Origin: Rebecca billardiae RCC1528
Taxonomy: Eukaryota > Protista > Haptophyta
DNA length: 64,000 nt
Assembly: GCA_965240325.2 (NCBI GenBank)
Contig: OZ251240.1
Coordinates: 310,001 to 374,000, forward strand
Direction: 5' to 3'
This document shows positions 12,001 to 23,000 of the stretch, piece by piece. The translations under genes and the position numbers were made by a program. Within the stretch, counting starts at the first letter, position 1; each line of letters starts with the position of its first letter. A model generated the notes under the pieces. That model ran no database searches, was not told where the DNA came from, and saw only the letters and a list, made by a program, of their open reading frames with translations.

Positions 12001-15000
12001 GCCTGCGGCCGCAGGCCTGCGGTGGCCCAGCAGGCTGCTGCTGCTGCTCGGCTCACTCGCGTGGCGCGAGGCGATTGGCGGGTCCTCGACGCCCATGCTC
12101 GCTCCGAGCCGCACTGCACGCCGCGCCGCCGCCACTCCTCACGGCCGCGCGCCCACAGGGCTGCGGCTCCGCGACCGAGCCGAAGGGCTGCGGCCGCGGG
12201 CCTGCGGCCGCAGCCCTGCGGAAGCAGGCTGATGCTGCTGCTCGGCTCAGTCGCGCGGCGCGAGGCGAGCGGGCGGGCGGTAGCCGCGGTGCTGATCGGC
12301 GCGTCCTCGACGCCCATGCTCGCTCCGAGCCGCGCTGCATGACGCGCCGCCGCCGCTCCTCACGGCCGCGCGCCCGCAGGGCTGCGGCTCCGCGCCCGAG
12401 CCGCAGCCCTGCGGCCGCAGCCCTGCGGCCGCAGCCCTGCGGCCGCAGGCCTGCGGTGGCCCAGCAGGCTGCTGCTGCTGCTCGGCTCAGTCGCGCGGCG
12501 CGAGGCGATTGGCGCGTCCTCGACGCCCATGCTCGCTCCGAGCCGCGCTGCACGCCGCGCCGCCGCCACTCCTCACGGCCGCGCGCCCGCAGGGCTGCGG
12601 CTCCGCGCCCGAGCCGCAGCCCTGCGGCCGCAGCCCTGCGGCCGCAGCCCTGCGGCCGCAGGCCTGCGCTGGCCCAGCAGGCTGCTGCTGCTGCTCGGCT
12701 CAGTCGCGCGGCGCGAGGCGATTGGCGCGTCCTCGACGCCCATGCTCGCTCCGAGCCGCACTGCCTGCCGCGCCGCCGCCACTCCTCACGGCCGCGCGCC
12801 CGCAGGGCTGCGGCTCCGCGCCCGAGCCGCAGCCCTGCGGCCGCAGCCCTGCGGCCGCAGGCCTGCGGCCGCAGGCCTGCGGTGGCCCAGCAGGCTGCTG
12901 CTGCTGCTCGGCCCACTCGCGCGGCGCGAGGCAGTTGGCGCGTCCTCGACGCCCATGCTCGCTCCGAGCCGCACTGCATGCCGCGCCGCCGCCACTCCTC
13001 ACGGCCGCGCGCCGACAGGACTGCGGCTCCGCGACCGAGCCGCAGGGCTGCGGCCGCAGGCCTGCGGCCGCAGCCCTGCGGAAGCAGGCTGATGCTGCTG
13101 TGCGGCTCAGTCGCGCGGTGCGAGGCGAGCGGGCGGGCGGGTGGCCGCGTGCTGATTGGCGCGTCCTCGACGCCCATGCTCGCTCCGAGCCGCGCTGCAT
13201 GACGCGCCGCCGCCGCTCCTCACGGCCGCGCGCCCGCAGGGCTGCGGCTTCGCGCCCGAGCCGCAGCCCTGCGGCGCAGGCCTGCGGCCGCAGGCCTGCC
13301 CCAGCAGGCTGCTGCTGCTGCTCGGCTCAGTCGTGCGGCGCGAGGCGATTGGCGCGTCCTCGACGCCCATGCTCGCTCCGAGCCGCACTGCATGCCGCGC
13401 CGCCGCCACTCCTCACGGCCGCGCGCCCGCAGGGCTGCGGCTCCGCGCCCGAGCCGCAGCCCTGCGGCCGCAGCCCTGCGGCCGCAGCCCTGCGGCCGCA
13501 GCCCTGCGGCCGCAGGCCTGCGGTGGCCCAGCAGGCTGCTGCTGCTGCTCGGCCCACTCGCGCGGCGCGAGGCAGTTGGCGCGTCCTCGACGCCCATGCT
13601 CGCTCCGAGCCGCACTGCATGCCGCGCCGCCGCCACTCCTCACGGCCGCGCGCCCACAGGGCTGCGGCTCCGCGACCGAGCCGCAGGGCTGCGGCCGCAG
13701 GCCTGCGGCCGCAGCCCTGCGGAAGCAGGCTGATGCTGCTGTGCGGCTCAGTCGCGCGGCGCGAGGCGAGCGGGCGGGCGGGTGGCCGCGGTGCTGATTG
13801 GCGCGTCCTCGACGCCCATGCTCGCTCCGAGCCGCGCTGCATGACGCGCCGCCGCCACTCCTCACGGCCGCGCGCCCGCAGGTCTGCGGCTTCGCGCCCG
13901 AGCCGCAGCCCTGCGGCCGCAGGCCTGCGGTGGCCCAGCAGGCTGCTGCTGCTGCTCGGCTCAGTCGCGCGGCGCGAGGCGATTGGCGCGTCCTCGACGC
14001 CCATGCTCGCTCCGAGCCGCGCTGCACGCCGCGCCGCCGCCGCTTTTCACGGCCGCGCGCCCGCAGGGCTGCGGCTCCGCGCCCGAGCCGCAGCCCTGCG
14101 GCCGCAGCCCTGCGGCCGCAGCCCTGCGGCCGCAGGCCTGCGGAGGCCCAGCAGGCTGCTGCTGCTGCTCGGCCCACTCGCGTGGCGCGAGGCGATTGGC
14201 GGGTCCTCGACGCCCATGCTCGCTCCGAGCCGCACTGCATGCCGCGCCGCCGCCACTCCTCACGGCCGCGCGCCCACAGGGCTGCGGCTCCGCGACCGAG
14301 CCGAAGGGCTGCGGCCGCAGGCCTGCGGCCGCAGCCCTGCGGAAGCAGGCTGATGCTGCTGCTCGGCACAGTCGCGCAGCGCGAGGCGAGCGGGCGGGCG
14401 GTAGCCGCGGTGCTTATTGGTGCGTCCTCGACGCCCATGCTCGCTCCGAGCCGCGCTGCATGACGCGCCGCCGCCGCTCCTCACGGCTGCGCGCCCGCAG
14501 GGCTGCGGCTTCGCGCCCGAGCCGCAGCCCTGCGGCCGCAGCCCTGCGGCCGCAGGCCTGCGGCCGCAGGCCTGCGGTGGCCCAGCAGGCTGCTGCTGCT
14601 GCTCGGCTCAGTCGCGCGGCGCGAGGCGATTGGCGCGTCTTCGACGCCCATGCTCGCTCCGAGCCGCGCTGCACGCCGCGCCGCCGCCACTCCTCACGGC
14701 CGCGCGCCCGCAGGGCTGCGGCTCCGCGCCCGAGCCGCAGCCCTGCGGCCGCAGCCCTGCGGCCGCAGGCCTGCGGTGGCCCAGCAGGCTGCTGCTGCTG
14801 CTCGGCCCACTCGCGTGGCGCGAGGCGATTGGCGCGTCCTCGACGCCCATGCTCGCTCCGAGCCGCGCTGCACGCCGCGCCGCCGCCGCTCCTCACGGCC
14901 GCGCGCCCGCAGGGCTGCGGCTCCGCGCCCGAGCCGCAGCCCTGCGGCCGCAGCCCTGCGGCCGCAGCCCTGCGGCCGCAGGCCTGCGGTGGCCCAGCAG

Positions 15001-16264
15001 GCTGCTGCTGCTGCTCGGCCCACTCGCGTGGCGCGAGGCGATTGGCGGGTCCTCGACTCCCATGCTCGCTCCGAGCCGCACTGCATGCCGCGCCGCCGCC
15101 ACTCCTCACGGCCGCGCGCCCACAGGGCTGCGGCTCCGCGACCGAGCCGAAGGGCTGCGGCCGCAGGCCTGCGGCCGCAGCCCTGCGGAAGTAGGCTGAT
15201 GCTGCTGCTCGGCTCAGTCGCGCACCGCGAGGCGAGCGGGCGGGCGGTAGCTGCGGTGCTGATTGGCGCGTCCTCGACGCCCATGCTCGCTCCGAGCCGC
15301 GCTGCATGACGCGCCGCCGCCGCTCCTCACGGCTGCGCGCCCGCAGGGCTGCGGCTCCGCGCCCGAGCCGCAGCCCTGCGGCCGCAGCCCTGCGGCCGCA
15401 GCCCTGCGGCCGCAGGCCTGCGGTGGCCCAGCAGGCTGCTGCTGCTGCTCGGCTCAGTCGCGCGGCGCGAGGCGATTGGCGGGTCCTCGACGCCCATGCT
15501 CGCTCCGAGCGGCGCTGCACGCCGCGCCGCCGCCACTCCTCACGGCCGCGCGCCAGCAGGGCTGCGGCTCCGCGCCCGAGCCGCAGCCCTGCGGCCGCAG
15601 CCCTGCGGCCGCAGGCCTGCGGTGGCCCAGCAGGCTGCTGCTGCTGCTCGGCCCAGTCGCGTGGCGCGAGGCGATTGGCGGGTCCTCGACGCCCATGCTC
15701 GTTCCGAGCCGCACTGCATGCCGCGCCGCCGCCACTCCTCACGGCCGCGCGCCCACAGGGCTGCGGCTCCGCGACCGAGCCGAAGGGCTGCGGCCGCAGG
15801 CCTGCGGCCGCAGCCCTGCGGAAGCAGGCTGATGCTGCTGCTCGGCTCAGTCGCGCAGCGCGAGGCGAGCGGGCGGGCGGTAGCCGCGGTGCTGATTGGC
15901 GCGTCCTCGACGCCCATGCTCACTCCGAGCCGCGCTGCATGACGCGCCGCCGCCGCTCCTCACGGCTGCGCGCCCGCAGGGCTGCGGCTCCGCGCCCGAG
16001 CCGCAGCCCTGCGGCCGCAGCCCTGCGGCCGCAGCCCTGCGGCCGCAGGCCTGCGGTGGCCCAGCAGGCTGCTGCTGCTGCTCGGCTCAGTCGCGCGGCG
16101 CGAGTCGATTGGCGCGTCCTCGACGCCCATGCTCGCTCCGCGCCGCGCTGCACGCCGCGCCGCCGCCACTCCTCACGGCCGCGCGCCCGCAGGGCTGCGG
16201 CTCCGCGCCCGAGCCGCAGCCCTGCGGCCGCAGCCCTGCGGCCGCAGGCCTGCGGCCGCAGGCA
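1..16264. repeat. GC-rich satellite array, left block (continues beyond the window start)
   Basis: Head-to-tail monomers GATTGGCGCGTCCTCGACGCCCATGCTCGCTCCGAGCCGC...CCACTCCTCACGGCCGCGCGCCCGCAGGGCTGCGG...(CCGCAGSCCTGCGG)n TGGCCCAGCAGG(CTG)4CTCGG. Lengths are ~185/199/213/227 bp (14-bp steps), or ~220-222 bp when the GAGCGGGCGGGCGG..GGTGCT insert is present. Confidence 0.98.
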
Positions 16265-19200
16265 CCCCTTACGTATCCAGAGAACATCTCTGTGAGAGAA
16301 CATCTCTGGGCAAGCCAGGCCAGAGATGTTCTCTGGCCGCCAGCCGCCAAAGAACATCTCTCACAGAGAACGTTTTTGGGGCGCGCCAGTGGACCGGGCA
16401 ACGCACGGTGCGCTGGCGCCAGTGGCGACTTGGCGGGATCGGCCATCGCCATCGCGATGGGCATCGCTCCGACGAGAGCGTGGCGTAGCCCGGCGCGGGG
16501 CAGTATGACTGAGAGCGCTAACCGTTCGATGACTACCCAGACGTCAAGACAACCCCATGCCCCCAATCAGCCCGCCCGCCCGCATGCATCACTTCTTGCC
16601 CTGCTTGGGCTTGCTACCAGTCTTGCCGCTGCCCGCGCCGGCTGTCTCGTGTGCGCCGCGGTGGCGCTTCTGCGCGGCCCTCCCCGGTCCGTTCCCGCCC
16701 GGGGGGTTGTGAACAGGCGCAGACGACGCCCCAGCTGCCCCAGCTGCCGTCTGGGCTGGCGCACCCTCAGCTGCTGCATCAACATCGAGCGTCCGCGCCG
16801 CCGACTTGCCCTTGCCGGGCGGCTTGAACTTGTTCATGTGCTGGATGAAGGCTTGCGTGGCCGCATCGTCGCCAGAGAAGCGGCGCGCGAGGAGGCGGGC
16901 AACGCCCACGACTTGCGAGACACGCTCGCTCTGCGAGAAGGAAACCGCCGCAGAGGATGCTGAAGCGCCGCCGCGCTCGCGCGGCGGCGGCGGCGGCATG
17001 CTCATCAGCTTGGCAGTGGCAGCGTCCCGCAGGGCAGCGGTCTGCTTGCGCCAAAGCGGCGCGATGTTCGAGAGGAAGGCCGTCTGCAGGTGCTCGTCCA
17101 GCGCGGCATCCGTGTTCTCCTGCGACCAGTAGTGGTACACGGCGAGCTGGTGACGATCTGCGCGCGCGCGCGCGCACGATCCACGGGGCGCGCCGCGCGG
17201 CCAGCATGTGAGTGTGACCGAGGCGCGGCGAGTGTGAGTGGCCAGCTGATGGGCGTTGCGCAACACCGCGCGCACAGCAGCCACACAGACACACACGTCC
17301 AGGCACGCGCGCGAGCCCCGCAGCAAACCAGCCTCGTGCATGGGCACACTGTGCATGTTTCACCATGCGCGCGCGGTGCGGCGCGTGCGCGCGTGCACGC
17401 GGCCGGCCGCGGCCGCAAGGCGCGCGCCGCCCCGCGCGGCGCACCAACTAGCCCTGTGCATGCAGGCATCTGGCATGAGCACGAGGTGAGCGTGACGATG
17501 TACTCGTGCCGGTCGGCGTGCAGCCCGAGCTCGGTGCTGGCCACGTCCTTCGGAACGGCGTCGTTCTCCGTCGAGAAGCTGCCGGCGGGCGCGGCTGCAG
17601 ACGCCGTGGGCGCAGCAGCGGGCGCCAGCGGCGGCGGCGGCGCGATGTACTTCACGACGAAGCGACGCGCCGCGCCAGCCGTGGGCGGGTCCAGCGGGTT
17701 GACGTTGTACGAGAGCACGCGCGCCGCCTGCGCCTGGACGATGACGAGCGCGTGGGTCGTGAGCAACTTGGACAGCACGTCGCGCACCACCGGCAGAGAA
17801 GATGACGTGATGCAGCCCCTCTTGAGCTGCGCCACCATCGCCTTCTGCGCCAGCTCGACACCGCGCATGATCTCCTTGCGCTCGAGCTTCTTCACGAGCG
17901 CGAGCAGCGAGTCCGAGTTGCGCACGAAGAGCGCCATGGCGCTGTGCCACGCCTCGGCGCGCTGCGTCGAGTGGATGCCGAAGGTGAGGTACTGCCACGT
18001 CCACCGCGCCGCCCACTGCTCCTTGCGCTCGCCGAGGCTAGCCAGCCACGTCAGCGCGAGCGCGCGCTTCTTGGCATCACCGGCCGTGGTCGCGGCGGCC
18101 ATGCCCGTGAGCGCGCGCCAATCCGCGTCGAACTCCGGCCGCCGCTGGACGTCGGAGTCCATGGCGAGGGTCCACCACGCGCGGTTGAAAGCGGCCCAGC
18201 CCGCCTTGTCGCCGGCGAAGAGCGGGTGGATGTGCTTGTAGACGTTCGTCCAGATGTGGTAGATGCAGAGGAGGTGAATGGTGCCGCAGTCGGCAAAGAC
18301 CGACTTGATCGCGGTCGCCATGCTGATGTCGCCGTCCGTGAAGATGACCGCGGGCGGCTCGCGCATGTGCTGGAGGAACTTGGAAAAGGCAAACTCGAAC
18401 GACGGGATCGGATCGGACTCGTCCACCGCGGTGTACCCCAGCACGACCGTGTTGCCCTCCTCGTCGATGGTCACGAACGTGCCGATGTTGAGGCCGTAAC
18501 GGTTCGTGCCGTGCTTGGTGTCGTACAGCAGGACCTTGAAGGGGCCGAGACGCGCCCACCGCTCGTACGCGTCCTCCGCGAGCCAAAAGGACGAGACCAG
18601 CTGGCCCAGCTCGTTCGTGCGCGGCTCAAAGACCAGGCCCGTCTCGCGCTCGCGCTGGATCAGGTACTCCACGACGTTCTGGGCGTCCAGCAGAGCATCC
18701 GCCGGCAGCGGCCGGAGTGAGTTGTACAACTTCTCGTACGTCCACGTCACAGGCAGCCCGCGGTCGATCACCATGCGCGCGCAGTGCTGGTTGATGAAGT
18801 TGACGGAGGCGCCCGACGTTCGCATCTGCTCGGCCGTCTCGAAGATGTCCTTGGGGATGCCGCACTTCTGCTCGCCCGTCATCGCTGCGGCCTCCGCCGC
18901 AGTCTTGATGGGGAGGAGGATGTGAGCGGAGTGCTCCCGACTCCCCGAGGTCGGCACCCAGCCCTCGAGCGTCTCCTCGCACCTCATCTTCCACGAGCAT
19001 TTCGGCTGGTCGTTGGCCCGCTTGACCGTCGCGCGCTCCGTGGCGACGCTCGAGGTGCTGCTCGAGCTGTAGTACTGGTCGACGAAGAGCACCTTGGCGC
19101 CGGCCCTCGTGGTCGGCAGCGTGATGCTGGTGGCCTGTGAGAGCGAGAGTCCGACAGTGAAGCCCCACGCCTTGACCGCCGCGGTGATGCCGGCGAGCGT

Positions 19201-20030
19201 CGGGAACGGGCCGGTCGGAAAGTTCGGAGGCAGCTCCACCCGCTCCTGCAACGCCGTCAGCAGGGGGCGCCGCGTGTCCTGCTTCGCCTTCTCGCCCATC
19301 ACCTCATCTGCTGCCGGCGCCGCAGCGGCCGAGGAAGCCTTCCTGGGCGAGGTGCGCTCCGGCTTCGCCCGACCCGTCGGTTTCTTCTCGTACAGGTACT
19401 CCGGGGTCGTGAAGCGCGATGCCGGGGGGCAGGTCGTCGGTTCCACGCCTGGCGCGTGAGCCGCAGCAGGCGGAGCCACCGCATCGAGAACAGCGGGCGG
19501 CGCGGCTGACGCCAGCAGCCGGTCGATGCCAGATGGGGCAGCAGCACGGGCATCCGTGCCCAGAGCCACCTCACCAAGGGCACTCGCCAGCGCGCGGGGT
19601 CTCGCATGCGCCGCTGCAGGCCCGGCATCCATCGAAGCCGCGTGCGCCGCGGGAAGCTCCGGCTCGGGCGCGGGCGCGGGCGCGGCGGCGGCGGCGGCGG
19701 CTGTCACCGCCGACAGTGCGGGCTGCGCGCGGCCGGAGGAGAGGCCGCCAAACATACTCTTGAGCCGCTCCATGCTTGCAGGGCTGCCCTGCGCGCGAGA
19801 GCGATTGGGGGGTTGCTGCGCTGCGGCTCGGGGAGCGGAGGGCGCAAGCTCTCGAGGCTCGCGCGGACTCGCGCGGCGCTCCCAGCCCGGGCGCGCCAGC
19901 CTCACGTGGCGCGCCCCAAAAACGTTCTCTGTGAGAGATGTTCTTTGGCGGCTGGCGGCCAGAGAACATCTCTGGCCTGGCTTGCCCAGAGATGTTCTTT
20001 CACAGAGATGTTCTCTGGATACGTAAGGGG
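16265..20030 (-). mobile_element. Mutator-like (MULE) DNA transposon, apparently autonomous
   Basis: 124-bp TIRs at 16265-16388 and 19907-20030 with one mismatch (CCCCTTACGTATCCAGAGAACATCTC...). 9-bp TSD CCGCAGGCA at 16256-16264 and 20031-20039. Internal MULE transposase. Confidence 0.96.
16589..19773 (-). CDS. MULE transposase (DDE + SWIM-like finger); 2 exons, 19773-17445 and 17157-16589
   Basis: Motifs LLYDTKHGTNRYG (D1), PAVIFTDGD (D2), HLLCIYHIW (CxxH), STQRAEAWHS (E) and SWIM-like CSCQMPACTGLVDRH. Inferred intron GTGCGC..GCGCAG at 17444-17158 joins ORFs 17005..20118 and 16589..17356. The start (MERLKS) is inferred. Confidence 0.9.
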
Positions 20031-23000
20031 CCGCAGGCATGCGGTGGCCCAGCAGGCTGCTGCTGCTGCTCGGCCCACTCGCGCGGCGCGAGGCGATTGG
20101 CGCGTCCTCGACGCCCATGCTCGCTACGAGCCGCGCTGCATGACGCGCCGCCGCCGCTCCTCACGGCCTTGCGCCCGCAGGGCTGCGGCTTCGCGCCCGA
20201 GCCGCAGCCCTGCGCCGCAGCCCTGCGGCCGCAGGCCTGCGGAAGCAGGCTGCTGCTGCTGCTCGGCTCAGTCGTGCGGCGCGAGGCGAGCGGGCAGGCG
20301 GGTGGCAGCGGTGCTGATTGGCACGTCCTCGACGCCCATGCTCGCTCCGAGCCGCGCTGCATGCCGCGCCGCCGCCACTCCTCACGGCCGCGCGCCCGCA
20401 GGGCTGCGGCTCCGCGACCGAGCCGCAGGGCTGCGGCCGCAGGCCTGCGACCGCAGCCCTGCGGAAGCAGGCTGATGCTGCTGCTCGGCTCAGTCGCACG
20501 GCGCGAGGCGAGCGGGCGGGCGGGTGGCGGCGGTGCTGATTGGCGCGTCCTCGACGCCCATGCTTGCTCCGAGCCGCGCTGCGTGACGCGCCGCCGCCGC
20601 TCCTCACGGCCGCGCGCCCGCAGGGCTGCGGCTCCGCGCCCGAGCCGCAGCCCTGCGGCCGCAGCCCTGCGGCCGCAGCCCTGCAGCCGCAGGCCTGCGG
20701 TGGCCCAGCAGGCTGCTGCTGCTGCTCGGCTCAGTCGCGCGGCGCGAGACGATTGGCGCGTCCTCGACGCCCATGCTCGCTCCGAGCCGCGCTGCACGCC
20801 GCGCCGCCGCCGCTCCTCACGGCCGCGCGCCCGCAGGGCTGCGGCTCCGCGCCCGAGCCGCAGCCCTGCGGCCGCAGCCCTGCGGCCGCAGGCCTGCGGC
20901 CGCAGGCCTGCGGTGGCCCAGCAGGCTGCTGCTGCTGCTCGGCTCTGTCGCGCGGCGCGAGGCGATTGGCGCGTTCTCGACGCCCATGCTCGCTCCGAGC
21001 CGCACTGCATGCCGCCCCGCCGCCACTCCTCACGGCCGCGCGCCCACAGGGCTGCGGCTCCGCGACCGAGCCGCAGGGCTGCGGCCGCAGGCCTGCGGCC
21101 GCAGCCCTGCGGAAGCAGGCTGCTGCTGCTGCTCGGCTCAGTCGCGCGGCGCGAGGCGAGCGGGCGGGCGGGTGGCAGTGGTGTTGTTTGGCGCGTCTTC
21201 GACGCCCATGCTCGCTCCGAGCCGTGCTGCATGCCGCGCCGCCGCCACTCCTCACGGCCGCGCGCCCGCAGGGCTGCGGCTTCGCGCCCGAGCCGCAGGG
21301 CTGCGGCCGCAGGCCTGCGGCCGCAGGCCTGCGGCTGCAGGCCTGCGGTGGCCCAGCAGGCTGCTGCTCCTGCTCGGCCCACTCGCGCGGCGCGAGGCGA
21401 TTGGCGCGTCTTCGACGCCCATGCTCGCTCCGAGCCGCACTGCATGCCGCGCCGCCGCCGCTCCTCACGGCCGCGCGCCCACAGGGCTGCGGCTCCGCGA
21501 CCGATCCGCAGGGCTGCGGCCGCAGGCCTGCGGCCGCAGCCCTGCGGAAGCAGGCTGATGCTGCTGCTCGGCTCAGTCGTGCGGCGCGAGGCGAGCGGGC
21601 AGGCGGGTGGCAGCGGTGCTGATTGGCACGTCCTCGACGCCCATGCTCGCTCCGAGCCGCGCTGCATGCCGCGCCGCCGCCACTCCTCACGGCCGCGCGC
21701 CCGCAGGGCTGCGGCTCCGCGACCGAGCCGCAGGGCTGCGGCCGCAGGCCTGCGACCGCAGCCCTGCGGAAGCAGGCTGATGCTGCTGCTCGGCTCAGTC
21801 GCACGGCGCGAGGCGAGCGGGCGGGCGGGTGGCGGCGGTGCTGATTGGCGCGTCCTCGACGCCCATGCTTGCTCCGAGCCGCGCTGCATGACGCGCCGCC
21901 GCCGCTCCTCACGGCCGCGCGCCCGCAGGGCTGCGGCTCCGCGCCCGAGCCGCAGCCCTGCGGCCGCAGCCCTGCGGCCGCAGCCCTGCAGCCGCAGGCC
22001 TGCGGTGGCCCAGCAGGCTGCTGCTGCTGCTCGGCTCAGTCGCGCGGCGCGAGGCGATCGGCGCGTCCTCGACGCCCATGCTCGCTCCGAGCCGCACTGC
22101 ACGCCGCGCCGCCGCCGCTCCTCACGGCCGCGCGCCCGCAGGGCTGCGGCTCCGCGCCCGAGCCGCAGCCCTGCGGCCGCAGCCCTGCGGCCGCAGGCCT
22201 GCGGCCGCAGGCCTGCGGTGGCCCAGCAGGCTGCTGCTGCTGCTCGGCTCTGTCGCGCGGCGCGAGGCGATTGGCGCGTTCTCGACGCCCATGCTCGCTC
22301 CGAGCCGCACTGCATGCCGCCCCGCCGCCACTCCTCACTGCCGCGCGCCCACAGGGCTGCGGCTCCGCGACCGAGCCGCAGGGCTGCGGCCGCAGGCCTG
22401 CGGCCGCAGCCCTGCGGAAGCAGGCTGCTGCTGCTGCTCGGCTCAGTCGCGCGGCGCGAGGCGAGCGGGCGGGCGGGTGGCAGTGGTGCTGTTTGGCGCG
22501 TCTTCGACGCCCATGCTCGCTCCGAGCCGTGCTGCATGCCGCGCCGCCGCCACTCCTCACGGCCGCGCGCCCGCAGGGCTGCGGCTTCGCGCCCGAGCCG
22601 CAGGGCTGCGGCCGCAGGCCTGCGGCCGCAGGCCTGCGGCTGCAGGCCTGCGGTGGCCCAGCAGGCTGCTGCTCCTGCTCGGCCCACTCGCGCGGCGCGA
22701 GGCGATTGGCGCGTCTTCGACGCCCATGCTCGCTCCGAGCCGCACTGCATGCCGCGCCGCCGCCGCTCCTCACGGCCGCGCGCCCACAGGGCTGCGGCTC
22801 CGCGACCGATCCGCAGGGCTGCGGCCGCAGGCCTGCGGCCGCAGCCCTGCGGAAGCAGGCTGATGCTGCTGCTCGGCTCAGTCGCGCAGCGCGAGGCGAG
22901 CGGGCAGGCGGGTGGCAGCGGTGCTGATTGGCGCGTCCTCGACGCCCATGCTCGCTCCGAGCCGCGCTGCATGCCGCGCCGCCGCCACTCCTCACGGCCG

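Noticed and set aside
17005-20118. 1037-aa ORF as the true transposase
   Set aside because: It begins in the satellite outside the TIR and reads through an intron; the spliced model fits better.
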